A DNA stretch of 64,000 bases from Octopus vulgaris (Eukaryota): positions 89,714,001 to 89,778,000 of the forward strand of contig OX597820.1 of the NCBI GenBank assembly GCA_951406725.2, in the 5' to 3' direction. Positions 11,817 to 25,340 of this stretch are shown one piece after another. The notes beneath the pieces were generated by a model. That model had not been told where the DNA came from. It ran no database searches and saw only the letters and a program-made list of their open reading frames with translations. The number at the start of each line of letters is the position of its first letter. Positions within the stretch are counted from its first letter, which is position 1. A program made the position numbers and the translations under genes.

Positions 11817-13000
11817 CAGGTTGGCCCCCACCCCACACAAAAAAGCTGTAAACTCATATTGAATGATTTTATTGCTAGTATTTATTAAAATATATTTCAT
11901 TTTCAAAATGAAAGCGTCTCTAAGTAGATTGCTTTATGTACGGGTGTTTTGAAAATGATAACCGTTCTGCTTTAAACACTGTTGAAAACGTGAAGCGATG
12001 AAATCATAAACAGATAGAAACATCTCGTTTGATGATTGTGCACATTCTCATGAAATGGATTCATCCAATTCACTGAGTGTTGCAGGTTGTATACCGTAAA
12101 CGCTATCATTTAAGAACCCCATAAAAATGTATATTGGTGTGAGTTCCAGTGAATGCAGAGGGTATGCTACTGAACAACGGCGTCCAATCCACATATTAGG
12201 CAAAATCTCATCAAGATAAACCCTGATATCACGATGGTAGTGTGGGGGTGCCCTATCATGTTGGTAAAAAAACTCCACCGCTTCAACGTTCTCTTGAATG
12301 CTCGGTATGACAAGTTGTTGAAGGAATTTCAAGTAACAGGGACTGTCACATTCCCGTTAAAAATTAAGAGTGGTCCAATTAATATTTTTGGTGATAAGTT
12401 ACACCATACTCAAGCTCTTGGTAAATAAACATATTCCTCCACAATGTTCCCAGATTTCCAATAAGTGGAATTGCGGCGGTTAATTGAATACTTTAATTTA
12501 ATTAAGGCTTCATCACTTGAAACAGTCTCTGCTGAAAATCTGCATCTTCTACAAGTCCGACAAAACATCACTCGCAAGATGCGTCTTCGGTCCGGTTGCA
12601 TCTCATTCAGAGCATGAATTCTTGAAATGCAACTTGCAAACGATAGCATTTCAAAATGCGATGGATGCTTGATTTTGAAATTCTTATCTCAGATTTTCTT
12701 GAACTCTAGAAAAACATTTCTCGTACAATTTCTTGATTTGTGGGGTTCATAGATGGCCTTCTGGCACACGTCTCATAGACATTCTAAACATATCTATCTG
12801 ACTCAAATTTATCCCCAATTCGGGTAATGATGAGTCTTGTTTGAAACACCTTCCTTCAATGACTCTGCTCTTCGACTGCGTTTTCGAACTTCCAATGGCA
12901 CTTTCCTTTGTTGAAAGCTTAGCTTGTCATCTTCCATTATTTCTGATGTGTTAAAACGAAAAAGAAATGAAAAGTGGGTTATCAGCTCTTCAAGAGCGTA
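11817..13000 (-). mobile_element. Tc1/mariner DD41D (rosa-like) transposon remnant
   Basis: ORF 12048-12332 FYQHDRAPPHYHRDIRVYLDEILPNMWIGRR...ELTP (D-D spacing about 41); SSDEA first-D motif; N-terminal MEDDKLSFQQRK HTH-like start at ~12935. Confidence 0.85.
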
Positions 13001-13020
13001 TACACTGCCGGAGGATATCT

Positions 13021-13062
<42 letters not shown>

Positions 13063-14433
13063 TACACACACATGTGAGTGTGAGTGTGTGGGTTTCTGTA
13101 TTCGACATTAAAATTACTGCCACTAACTACTATACCTAGAATAAAACAAAGGAATGCCTCCCAAATATTAGAGTTAGATTCAATCATCCTAGATCCATGT
13201 TATACAACATCGCTAACAGTACTTAAATTAGAATTTATAACCTTTCTGCAAAAGGAAGACTTACTAATAACCGTGGCCCCTACTTTAACCAGGACTTCTA
13301 TAATAATATGTATTCTACTTTCTGAGAAAGAATTCTACATTCATGACACTAGGTCCAAAAAGAAGCAGGCGTAACTGATTCCACACAACAATAATAGTTT
13401 AGCGAAATATAACTGTTCCTAGCAACATTAACTGCAAACAGGCTACAACTAGGGATAATGGTTATGTCTGTAGTAATTACGAAACTTGAGTTTGACTCAA
13501 GTATGATGCTTATCTCCGCTAAGATCTCCCTGGAAAGCTCCTCTCTATGTGTAGAATCAACAACATCAATAAGGCTCCTGTAGCGTCCTTGTGAACCATA
13601 AAAGACAGTGGGTTTAAAAGAAACAAAACTCAGTCATCACAGTATAAAAACCCTATTAAAAATCAATGGAAAATAAAAAAGAATATGAAGCGCGTGGTCG
13701 TATGGATTTCATCGCTTAACGCTTTACATGTTTAATCTCAAACTAAACTTTCCTTTGATATCCCCAAATCGAATTTCCTCTCCAAGCAGAAACACCATTC
13801 CATTTTTTAATATGTTTACTATGAAGCATTCTCGTTCCCAGTCATTTGAACTTGTTCTGCCTTGCTGCAGTTTTAATAACTGTTTCAAATTCTGATGCAT
13901 GTCCAGCACGTGTCGGGAAAGGGAAAAGTCTATTATATTGACCCTTACACTTGACTGGTACTTATTAGCCAGAGAGGATAACAAGCAACGTCATATATTC
14001 GTCAGAATTTGAGCTGAAAGCGTAAATCCGGAAGAAATGTCGATAAGCATTTTGTCTAATGATGTATCTATTCTCATAATTCTGACTATAACAATTATAA
14101 TGATAATAATACAAACATAAAATTAATAATTATGATAACAAAAATAAATAATGATAATCACAATGAAAATAATCACTTAAACAATATTGATTACATCTAA
14201 AATTGCAGCAAACAAAAATATGAGAGCTAAAAATATCAATATAAATAAAAAAGATAATATCGGTTATAATAATACTAGCTTTAATACTAATGGTAATAAG
14301 ATAGAAGCGATTCGTGCTAACAATAAAGATGAAAATAATTCGATAATTATGACTAACAATAATAATAACAATAATAAGGCACACAGTGCTGCGCTCGGTA
14401 GTGAAGTGAAAGCACGCTATAAAAATAAAAGTA

Positions 14434-14437
<4 letters not shown>

Positions 14438-14491
<54 letters not shown>

Positions 14492-14504
14492 GTAATAATA
14501 ATAA
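14438..14504 (+). repeat. (TAA)n tract, insertion target of the downstream LINE
   Basis: Seen directly; the tract resumes at 17094. Confidence 0.95.
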
Positions 14505-16925
14505 GTTCAAAACTTTTGGAAAAGTATTTGGAGTGACAAGAAGACGTACAACATAAATGCAGACTGGATTATACAAACTGAAGGATCCTACCAAAATTTA
14601 CAACAACAAGCATGGGAAGACATCACAATAGCAGACCTAAGAAAGGCACTCACGAAGGCCCATAATTGGAAACCCCCCGGTAAAGATAGGGTGCCGAATT
14701 TCTGGCTCGCATCGCTCCCATGCGCACACGGTAAGCTAATTCAGCTGCTCAATGGAATTATGAGAGACCCAAAGAAAACACCTGAATGGTTAACAAGTGG
14801 CATTACTTACCTACTCCCAAAGAATAACGAAACCAACCTTCCAAAAAACTATCGGCCTATAACCTGTCTATCCACCACGTATAAAATCCTAACATCTATC
14901 CTGGCGGAGAAAACATATGCATTCATGGAGAAGAACGATATTTTCCCCATTGAACAAAAAGGGTGCCGCCGAGGCTCTTACGGATGCAAAGATCAACTGC
15001 TAATCAACCGTATGATCCTTGAAAACTGTCACAACAAGCGCAGAAATCTCAGCACCGCATGGATTGACTATAAAAAGGCCTTCGACAGTATACTGCATCC
15101 ATGGATCTTGAGATCGCTGGATATCTTCAAAATTTCCCCTGTGATTTCAAACTTCCTGAAGCACAATATGTCGTTGTGGAATACGAATCTCCAATTATAC
15201 CACTCTAATGGAGTACTTGCCTCAGAAAATATAAACATCAACTGTGGAATTTTTCAAGGTGACTCACTTTCACCTTTAATATTCTGCATAGCCCTAATAC
15301 CCCTTACAAGTAAATTAAACAGAACAGGGTATGGGTATAAAATTGCCAATAAAAAAATAAGCCATCTATTTTATATGGATGACTTAAAACTTTATGGTAA
15401 AGACAATAATGAACTTGAAGGCCTATTGCGCACCGTGAAAGCATTCAGCGATGACATCGGGATGAAGTTTGGACTTGAGAAGTGTGCCAAGGCCACTTTC
15501 CATAAAGGGAAAGTGAAGACCACAAATTCAGTCGTGTTAGATGTTGACACAGTCATAAGAGAGCTTGAGCAAGAACAAACATACAAATATTTAGGGATAA
15601 ATGAAGGCTCTGGTATTCAGCATGCAAGCATGAAAGAGAAAATCAGGAAGGAATGTTATAGGAGAGTTCGTGCAGTCCTGAAATCTGAACTAAATGCACG
15701 TAACAAGGTGTTAGCTATAAATTCCTTAGCAGTTCCAGTTGTTACTTATAGCTACAATGTGTTGAACTGGAATATGAGTGAAGTAAAGAATATAGATAGG
15801 AAAATACGCAAGCTGCTGAGTTGTAATAGGATGCACCACCCAAAGGCAGACGTAGATCGCCTTTACCTTCCCAGAGCCCAAGGAGGTCGAGGCCTGATCC
15901 AATTTGAACTAGCTTACAAAACAACCACAATTGGACTGGCCAAATATCTCGAAATATCGAATGACTGGATGCTAAACCTCGTGGAACATCACGAGAGACG
16001 AAAGAAGCTTCATTCTATCATAAAGGAAAGCAAAAAATTTGCTATTGATCTCGTGCAGGATACCCAAACTGAACAACCCGAGGGAAGTACGGCAACTATT
16101 GTTGCAAAGAAGGTGAAAATGATGGCAATGAAAAAAGCGCACGAGCAATTGGCTGATAGGTGGGAGGAGAAACCTCTGCACGGCAAATATGTGACCCGCA
16201 GCAAACAAGCTGATGTTGACCAGAAGCAAACCCATCAGTGGCTACGGAGCTCAGGGCTAAAAGCAGAGAGCGAAGGTTTCATCCTGGCTGCTCAAGATCA
16301 AAGCCTATTAACCCGGAACTACCAGGCCAATGTGATGAAAAATGGAGCAGACCCAAAATGCCGATTCTGCAACGACATGATTGAAACAGTGGACCACCTA
16401 ATCTCTGGATGTAAAGTCTTAGCACCAGTGGAGTATTAATTAAGACATGACAGAGTTGGCCAATATCTCCACTGGCTAATAAGTCGGCATTACAATATCA
16501 AAACTGCCGACAAGTGGTATAATCACCACCCTGAGGCTGTAACTGAAGGAGAAAATGTAACCATTCTGTGGGACTTTCCAGTACATACACACCGAACCAT
16601 CAAGGCCAATAAACCAGATATTGTTGTGAAAGACCAAAACAATAAAGTTTGCTTATTGATCGACATGAGCATCCCCTGTGATCATAATATCTCAGCGAAA
16701 GAGTTTGACAAGCTCAGAAAATATAAAGACCTACTCATTGAAATTGAGAAAATGTGGCATCTCAAGGCGGTTACAATACCAGTGATCGTAGGAACACTAG
16801 GAATGATCAAGAAGGGAACCGAAAATTATATGAGAATGATCCCTGGCTTACCAACCCTGCAAGAAGTGCAAAAGATTGTCTTAACTGGTACATCACACGT
16901 ATTGAGAAGAGCATTGTCGATGTGA
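14505..16925 (+). pseudogene. Reverse transcriptase / CCHC knuckle / restriction-like endonuclease polyprotein, 5'-truncated, one in-frame stop
   Basis: NYRPITCLST, AWIDYKKAFDSILH, GIFQGDSLSPL, FYMDDLKLY, CRFC..ETVDHLISGC; TAA at 16437-16439 then the same frame continues LRHDRVGQYLHW...KPDIVVKD...LIDMSIP...KLRKYKDL to TGA at 16925. Confidence 0.93.
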
Positions 16926-17093
16926 GAACTGTTGCTGCTCATGTATTTTAATTTAACTTAAAAAAAAAAAAATGAACGAACTACTGAGTTTGGTTTAATG
17001 GCCTACCAATGTATACTATGAGTTTCTTTGCCCTAGGAGTCAGGAAGACACTCGGCAAGAAATGGAAGCAAATTTGAAAGAAGAATAAAAAAG
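14505..17093 (+). mobile_element. 5'-truncated, young R4/Dong-type RLE LINE inserted in (TAA)n
   Basis: Continuous RT - zinc knuckle - RLE frame plus ~170-nt 3' UTR, with TAA repeats on both sides. Confidence 0.95.
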
Positions 17094-17289
17094 TAATAAT
17101 AATAATAATAATAAGATGACCAAGAATCATAATAATATTCCTTCCAATAAGAATAATACTAATAATTTTATTAATTATAATTATAATTACTGTAAGTCTA
17201 GGAATAACAGACGTGTCCACTGGTTAGCAGTAACAAGTTTAACGTTTCGTTTACTGACATCATCCTGACAATATCAGCAACAGTGGTGT

Positions 17290-17306
17290 TGCTGCTACTG
17301 CTGATG

Positions 17307-17363
<57 letters not shown>

Positions 17364-17408
17364 ATAATAATAATAATAACAACAACAACAACAAAAACAA
17401 TAATAATA

Positions 17409-17475
<67 letters not shown>

Positions 17476-17500
17476 TAGCCATAATAATAATAATGGTAAT
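17290..17500 (+). repeat. (CTA)n/(TAA)n/(CAA)n compound microsatellite
   Basis: Seen directly. Confidence 0.95.
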
Positions 17501-17554
17501 AATGTCACCCATAACAATTAAGACGAGAAATTGTGCACCCGGGTTTTCCCGAGA

Positions 17555-17690
17555 GAGAAAGAAATGCAGCTGTAGAATACCTAATAATTGTCCTTTGAAG
17601 AGGTATTGTTTACGCTATACTGTTGTTGCAAGTGAACCATCACCACAACGCACTATAATTTCACCTAAACATACATTACACCTTCAATCG
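17555..17690 (+). mobile_element. Small PLE fragment (Cys-rich linker and start of GIY-YIG)
   Basis: KKCSCRIPNNCPLKRYCLRYTVV..PKTYI resembles PLE 'CNCRxKxxCPLxGxCLxxxVVY...YIG' and the CSRHDKTKCKLSNNCNIVNVIYKC segment at ~33.9 kb. Confidence 0.55.
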
Positions 17691-19402
17691 ACTGTAAATG
17701 CCAAAGTCCCCTACATATTACAGAAAAGATTATTACTACTAAAGCTACCATTGCTATTACTACTTCCGTTTCCGTTACTAATGCTGCTAGCGCTACTAGA
17801 TTCCTGCTCCTGAAGGAGAAGACTAATCCTTTCCTATTACATCCGTGGCTTCTACCATTTCCACCTTTACTGTCACATCTACACTCAAGGCACTACAGCT
17901 GCTATTAATGAGGTTAACACAGCCACTACTACGACCACTACCTCTACTGCTACTACTACTGTCACCACAATCACAAGATGTGTCCCTCTGTCACGATGCA
18001 CGCCTTAATATCAACATTGCCAGTGAGAAACAATAGACATCTGTCATAGTTAAAACCGTTACAACTACTATAACGACGCCGTAACCATCAGAACCACCAG
18101 GAATATACCAACAACCCACAACACTGTGAATTTTATAAGAAAACATGTGAACTTCCAATAGTGCTATCATGAAAGATTATATTGATTCAATTCAAAATAT
18201 TTTCTCTTTTCTTATTGCATGGTAAAATGTTTTAAGCAATCGAAGCCGGCTGCATATTTTGATGAAATTGCAAGCACTCTCTTCCTTTTATGCATGATAA
18301 AATTCTTAAAGTGTTTTCTATTTTTGTTCTTAATATGTAAGTATGTGCTGGTATTCATATATCAGATGACATAGACATCTCTTCCGTATTAAGAGGCCTG
18401 TACGTATTCCACAAGAGGTGTTACTAAAGAGATAATCGAAGTGTGAAATGTTTGCAATCTCTTATACTAGCTGTGATATATGAATGGACATGACAGTTAA
18501 TTAACCAAATTGTCAGTAAATAAATTTCATATAAAGTATGGGTCATAACTGTAAGTAGCAGGAAAACTTTTATAATGAGCAGTCGTTCCATTAGTTTTGA
18601 TTATAAATTTATAGAATATTAAATTTTTAAATATCCATATCTTGGCTTCTCGATGTTCAAAAACTAGGTAATTTTATTGTATTGAATACACGCCGTCAGC
18701 TTGAATGCTGACTTAATCTAAATAGGAAATGCCATTTTTTGAATAATCTGCTTAGAGATCGTTAAATTGCATTACTGCGGATACATATCAAGGAAAACCT
18801 ACAGGATCTTTTGCTATCTAAGAAAATGTCACACAGGTAAACTATTTTTCTGATGACGAATGCAGAAGAAATGTAGACTCGAAATATATGTAAATAATTT
18901 ATTTTCAATGCTGACTAGAGTCTACACAAATGACTTGACTATGTGATAGACTTAGCTCCTCAACCGATTTAACAGTACCCCCAGGCCCTTGGTCTCTAAC
19001 AAAGTTCTCTTTGTTGTAAGCATTCAAATAAATTTCCTGTTCTGAGATTTTTTCCTTCTTGACATTAAGTTCCGAAAATGACTATGGTTACCAAAATACA
19101 CTGAATTCGAAATTTTGACTATTTAATACCAATGCAAAATCATTGCGATTTTATTGAATTAACAAAATGGAAAATATCAAAAGTGTATTATTGTAAAGCT
19201 AGCAGTGTTTGTATATCGAGCAGACGCTGTTTAAATACTGAGCGAGTTTTACGTTCCTGAAAGGACACTGCAGTCTTAACAAGCCTGTGTTGCATTTGCA
19301 GCCTTCTTTCATCGAAGTGTTTATCGTATGTTAGAAACAGAGAACTGGTTGAAAAAGTAAGTCAAAATTAATAGAATTTGTGCAAAAAATGTTAACATGC
19401 TA

Positions 19403-20675
19403 CGAGGTTCGGCGGAAAAGTTCAGAGGCTGACCAAGATAATGTCATGGAAGATAAGCAAATAAGGTTGATTTTTAAACCTAGTTCTCCTTGCGACCCTC
19501 GCACTTCTTTCACCTGTTCTGCAGTTGGTGAAGAAGCTTTCGTCCTGTTGAATAAAAAAAAAGTCATCAGAAGCAGATATGACATCATTACTGTCATGCT
19601 GCTTCCCACCCAAATGTATTTTAATGTTGAGAAACAGATAATATTCAGATGGGGTGAGATCAGGGAGAATAGAAAAAACGATCAACCACTTGAAAGCCAC
19701 AGTCATGCACAGCAGCCATTGAAACCAAGGACTTATAAGCTGGGGCGTTGTTCCGATAAAACAAGACACATTTCGTCAGTTTTCCTACGCGTTTGATCTT
19801 ATGGTCTTTCGTAACTGCTTCAGCAAGTTGGCATAGTGCTCTGTATTTGTCGTGTAGCCATTTTGGATATTGTCAATAAACACAATGCTTGTTTGCATTC
19901 CAAAATAGTGAGACCATCTCCTTCCTTGCAAGTGGAACGACTTAGGGTTTTTTAAGCAGGTGCATGCATTGTCTCTTTGTGTCTGGCTCAAAATGTTGAA
20001 ACCAACGCACATCCTGGTTCAGGACAATTTCTAAGAAACTAGATATATCTGCCTCAAAATATGTCCGATTTTCCCGTGATATGTTCAGTATCGTGCGGTT
20101 TTGAGCAAGTGTCTGAGGACATGGTACCCACCGAACAGAAACCTACTTCATTCTAAGTTCATTGTGCCCAATGTTTTCAACTATCTACAGGATAAACGAA
20201 TAACTTTGGCGCTATCGAATTCATGGTCAATAGCATGTCATCCATCTTCATGTGTCGAATGTAATCAATGTTTTCATCAGTGGTGACGATTGCAGGACGT
20301 GCAGACGTTGTGTCATCCTCAATACTCTCTCTTTTCCTCCAACATTCACGTGTCTACATTTGCCCTTTGATAAAGATGGAGCTTTATCACATAACGTTGC
20401 AGCCTTCTGAGTATTTATGTTCTTAGGGGCTAAACCCCTTTTCTGTCGGTACTCGATAACACTTCGGCGCCAAATTTTGTCCTTTTCCAGAGACGTCTTT
20501 TGTAGTTATGTTTGAACTCTTCTTGAACAGTTAGCTTTTAGTTTACCGGTAAAACAAAACAAAACAAAAACAATGCAGGTTTTAACGAGAAGTGTTGAAA
20601 TCAATGCATGCAAGATTTCACAGCTGAAGCATCAGTCTTTCATATTCAGCTCATGTATTTTTCAGTTTCTTCTCG
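19403..20675 (-). mobile_element. Mariner (DD34D) transposon, decayed
   Basis: TA-flanked degenerate TIRs (TA-CGAGGTTCGGCGGAAAAGTTCAGAGGCTGA ... TCAGCTCATGTATTTTTCAGTTTCTTCTCG-TA); PDLTPSEYYLFLNIK and GYTTNTEHYANLLKQLRKTI motifs. Confidence 0.85.
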
Positions 20676-21410
20676 TATACAGAGAAAACGCGCCTCATAA
20701 TCATAGAAAGACGATTTATAGGCTGAAAAATTATGTATTTCACATTTTTAGTTAGTTTTCATTTTTATGTTCTAACCGGTCAACATTTGTCACAAAATCT
20801 AATGGACTTTTATACGAGTATCCATGTTGCAAATTGATTGTATCCGTCATATTTGAGAAGCGGTTCTTATCTTTTGAAAACACCATTAATTTCTATTCGG
20901 TAAAGGGATGCACGAGTGTCTAGAAGAATTACACAGTAATGGACGTTTACGTGCCTCCTTGGGGAAGCAAGGTCATTTACAATAGAGAATATATTTTCCG
21001 TGACAGTTACTACTTTGAAGAATCCAGTCAATAACCTTCGAGGTATACATATAATATAAGTATATATAAATTCGAGTTATAAGATATGGCTTTCTGATAT
21101 CCTATAAAAATTCGGCGGGTGATGCCAACAAGATATACTCACTGAAGAAATATTTCTCATTCAACACGAACTGCACAACATAAATTGTATATCTTCAATA
21201 ATGTAGGTGCTCCAAATTATGTAGAGGGGAAGATCTGAAATATAGATAAACAGTGCAAGCGCGCGATGCAATGTGGTAACGATGAAATTCGGGTTATTGA
21301 TTAAATAGACATCTCTTCTAAAATATATGTTAGTAGTGAAACTCTCTTGACGTTTGTTGCAAAACTCCTAAATGAAAAATTACCTGAGAGAAACGGAGAG
21401 AGAGATAGAG

Positions 21411-21445
<35 letters not shown>

Positions 21446-21619
21446 AAGGGTGAGAGAGAAGGTGAGAAAGAGAGTGAGAGAGGGTGAGAGAGAGAACGAG
21501 AGAAAGAGAGATAAAAATGAAAATACAGCCCATAACTCTTGAAATTGTCTAAACTGAACATAGTTTCTTAATATGATTCTTTAAAGCTAATTTGTAACAA
21601 GCTTAATGTAACAAGATGA

Positions 21620-22470
21620 ATACGCAGAAGTGAAAATAAGTGTTTAAGGATGTGCAGCTCCACCAAACTCTGTTGACAGAATATATTGAGTCAAAAAAGG
21701 TACCTGATTCTGTCCCACATTCATGTCATGGATAGTGGAGTCATGATACATTGCTATGATTCCATTGCTTTACTTAATTCTATAAACATTGCCAATTATA
21801 ACATGGTCCACAGAACTATCAATAAAAAGAAAAGCTAACACAAACAAAATTATCTTATAGATAGGAAATTTCTCTGGATTGTTGCATGTCCATGATCCTT
21901 TGCGGAAATACCAAACAAATATGGGAGGATCTGCAGAGGAGGGAAAATAAATGTCCTCTACACACGTTTACGATGTTTTGATTCCTTTTTCAGTTACTAT
22001 TTACGAACACAAGAGGCAGAGCTGGTCAGAACATGTTTTACAGGAAACAGAAACAGAATTCGGAATTCAGTCAGAATATTAAGTCTTCATATTTGGTTGT
22101 TAATCTAGGAAAGGCTATGACCAGAAATGGAATTTGGATCACAATTACATGTCTATTTACCCTGTACAAATGAGGAATGTAACAAATATATTGAAATGGA
22201 TAGAAATATTGTATACGTTGGTACTTGAGTAAAGCATGAAGGTCAAAGAAAATATACCATTATACTTCGAAAGCAATGAAAGTCAGAGTAGCTTATATTC
22301 ATTAAACGGCATGTACCGTATATAACGCTTTTAGAGATCTACAATCTGGACGTCAAAACTAAGAAAACATTAAACATCATAAGACACTTTCATATCAAGA
22401 GTGACATTGACAAGTTCCATGTTAGATGCAAGAATGCAGACAAAGATGTAATGTCCACAAATTTCTTAAA
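21620..22470 (+). mobile_element. Very decayed R4/Dong-like LINE RT fragments
   Basis: Short recognisable pieces KKVPDSVPHS..WIVES and SDIDKFHVRCKN..; no continuous frame. Confidence 0.4.
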
Positions 22471-22619
22471 ATGACTTGACTTAAACAAAATATCATTATT
22501 ACGTTACGAGTGAAATTAATTCTCAAAGAAAAGGACACATACATATACAGACACTTATATTCATGCAGGCACATTTATACAGACACTTGTTTGTATTGAT
22601 GCATGTGTGTACACATGCT

Positions 22620-22826
22620 TTCAAATTTTACCTCAAAGGTAGAAAGTTTGTGGAGAGAGGAAGTTGATCACATCGACCTTAGTGTTCAGTTGGTACTCAT
22701 TTTATCGATCCGGGAATGATAAGAGCAAAGTCGACTTCGGCGGAGTTTGAACTGAGAACGTAAAAACGGGCGAAATGCCACTAAGTCGCTTCTCCGGCAC
22801 GGTGACGATTCTGCCATCTGCTGCAT
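22620..22826 (-). mobile_element. SINE family A copy
   Basis: Reverse-complement homology to 877-1107. Confidence 0.85.
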
Positions 22827-22858
22827 TGCACATGCGTAGTAATATTATAAAAAGTGGG

Positions 22859-23075
22859 AAGGCGGCGAGCTGGTGGAATCGTTAGCATGTCAGGCAAAAT
22901 GCCTAGCAGCATTTCGTCCGTCTTTATGCTCTGAGTTCAATGTGCGCCGAAGTTGACTTTGCCTTTAATCCTTTCGGTGTCGATAAAATATGTACCTTTC
23001 GAGCAATGGTGTTGACGTAATCGACTTATCGCCGGCCCCATAACCTGCTGGCCTTGATCAAAATTTGAAACCAAT
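22859..23075 (+). mobile_element. SINE family A copy
   Basis: AAGGCGGCGAGCTGGTGGAATCGTTAGC...GAGTTCAA head; homology to 877-1107. Confidence 0.85.
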
Positions 23076-23410
23076 ATTAACAAGTGGTTATTTAAATTTC
23101 AATGAAGACAATTTGTGTTGGTTGTGGATTGATTCGTCATTTATTAAAATTATATGATAAAACAAATCCTGAACATAGACGCATGCATATATTTTGAATA
23201 TCTACGAGGCAATTTGTCTTGATACAAAACCAAATAAATATTCCTTAATTAAATCACATTCTATTATACTTGATATCATACGGACACATTTCATAACTGC
23301 GAAGCCGTCTCTTAAAAGATGGGATTGTCTCGGCTAGAATACTTTAGAGCATAAGTTTGCATGGTCAGAGATTATGGTTAAATAATAATATAAACATGAA
23401 GATACATATA

Positions 23411-24303
23411 CTAGGTAGTATAAAAAATTTCCTGGATTAGTTCTGTGGCGTGCCAACGGAGAACAACACACGGCTTTGTGCGCAATGAGAGCTAGTAGTG
23501 ATCTTTATTATGCAGTGTGCCGAGTGATATTGCTGTGTTTAAATCGCAAGTTGTGAAATGTGTGTCTTTGTGATCTATTGTATGCTGTATTCTGCAATTT
23601 TTTCGTGGACAGGAAGTTGGAATAAAGAGTCAATGTAAAATTTTGCTTTAAACTTGGGAAGTCCATACGGAGACATTGAAAGTGCTCTGGCAAGCTTAAG
23701 GCGATGAGGCTATGGGTTGTACGCAATGCTTCGAATAGCATGGGCGGTTCAAAAGGACGTCCCTGGAAAACGATGAGCCACAGGCGTCACCCCTGGAAAT
23801 GTGGTATTGTGAATCGAGAAATTATCCTCCAGGGCCAGACCGTCAATCGAGAATTCTACTGCGAGGTTTTGAAGCGTTTGAGGGAGAACATTTGCCGAAG
23901 CGACCGGATCTTTGTAGCGTGAATAATTCACAACGACAATGCACCCTGTCACCGAGCTCTCCCCACTCGTAAATCTTTCCTCAAAAACAACATGATATCG
24001 ATTCGGCACCCGCCCTGTTTGCCAGATTTAGCATCTGCAGACTTCCATCTCTTCTCCAAAATGAAAAAGTAACGCAATGATCACCGCTTTAACACCGTTC
24101 TCGAGAGCCAGAGCGAATCGCAGAAGGTCCTCGACTGGATTACGTAAAACGACTTCCAGACCAGATTCCAGAGGTAGCTAGAACGCTGGAACTGGCGTAT
24201 TGCTGCTCAAGGTGATTCAAAGGAGATGGTATTAAAAACACAGATGAATAAGTTGTTTTTTTATTAAAAACAACTAGTCCGGGGACATTTTGATACCACC
24301 TCG
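23411..24303 (+). mobile_element. Internally deleted mariner element
   Basis: TA-flanked TIRs CTAGGTAGTATAAAAAATTTCCTGGATTAGTT / AACTAGTCCGGGGACATTTTGATACCACCTCG; GQTVNREFYCEVLKRLRE, HNDNAPCH and HPPCLPDLASADFHLF motifs. Confidence 0.88.
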
Positions 24304-24899
24304 TATACATTTATATGCAGAGAAACTCCCCAAACATATTAGGGATTCAATTTTAATTAGACAATTCTATGCTACAATATCGTTGACCTGGATGACACTT
24401 ATACGGTACAAATTATGACAAAGAGATAATTTTATTTTTATTTGGAGAACTGTTTTTTTTTTACTCTGTGTGTGTAAAAATAAGGAATCAATAAAATATT
24501 CCCACTTGTACACTTCGATAGCTATCGGTATTCTTTGTAATTTTAGTGTGTGAGGCTGGCACCTTCACTTTGAACTTTAGAAGCGTGTATTTAACAAGAA
24601 GATGTAATTTAATTTCAGATTCATACCAGCAGTAAAAGTATTACTGTACAGATAAATCTGTAGATACATCATCCGATTTCATTGTCATTGTGAAGGTTGA
24701 CATACCTTAATGGAGATAGCTATTAACACCTGTCTATATTCATTGGAAATTGTAATTCAGAATTCAACTTTCTTATAAATTCTTTATTTATGCGCTTCCT
24801 TGTTGCATTTGGCCACTATAGTAAAGTTATATAAACAGTAGAACCATATGCTTTATAGATGGGGGAAGGGAGTGTGTATATTGCTTTCCCAACCTCTCC

Positions 24900-25340
24900 C
24901 AGACCGGTGAAACTGATACCATTAATGTTCCTTTTAATCGTTTGCATTTCAATGCCTGCGGCTAAGACATGAACAGGACGAGAATCCTCAGAAGGCAACG
25001 TATTGATAATTAACGATTAGTTGCATTGATTAGTGTAGGGCCTGAGTATTGGACACAAAAAGCGTGAGGGAAGAGAGAGGGTCGAATAGGGTGGGTTTGC
25101 TTGAGTGGAGGTAGTATGATCCAAATCACATCCAAGGAGCAGATGCCAATATAATAGTGTAAAATTGACAGAAAAACGAATGGACACACCTGTAGGCCAA
25201 AGGCTGAAAGAGTGTTTGTCAGTAATGTTATGCCGTTTACTTGGGTGATTCTTCTTTTGGATGTGGTTCTCGTAATACAGTTTGAGATATGGAAGGAAAA
25301 TTGGTGAGAACTGAGAAACCACGATTGCGGCCAAGTTTTC
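24900..25340 (-). mobile_element. Decayed PLE GIY-YIG endonuclease fragment (tentative)
   Basis: ITDKHSFS..TGVSI.. followed in a shifted frame by YYIG, and a C-terminal IEMQTIKRNING segment. Confidence 0.4.

Noticed and set aside
18100-19380. Repeat-poor stretches that might hold host exons (also 26600-27330, 59640-60420, 63070-63470)
   Set aside because: No ORF, domain or convincing splice pattern seen; small exons cannot be excluded without RNA-seq
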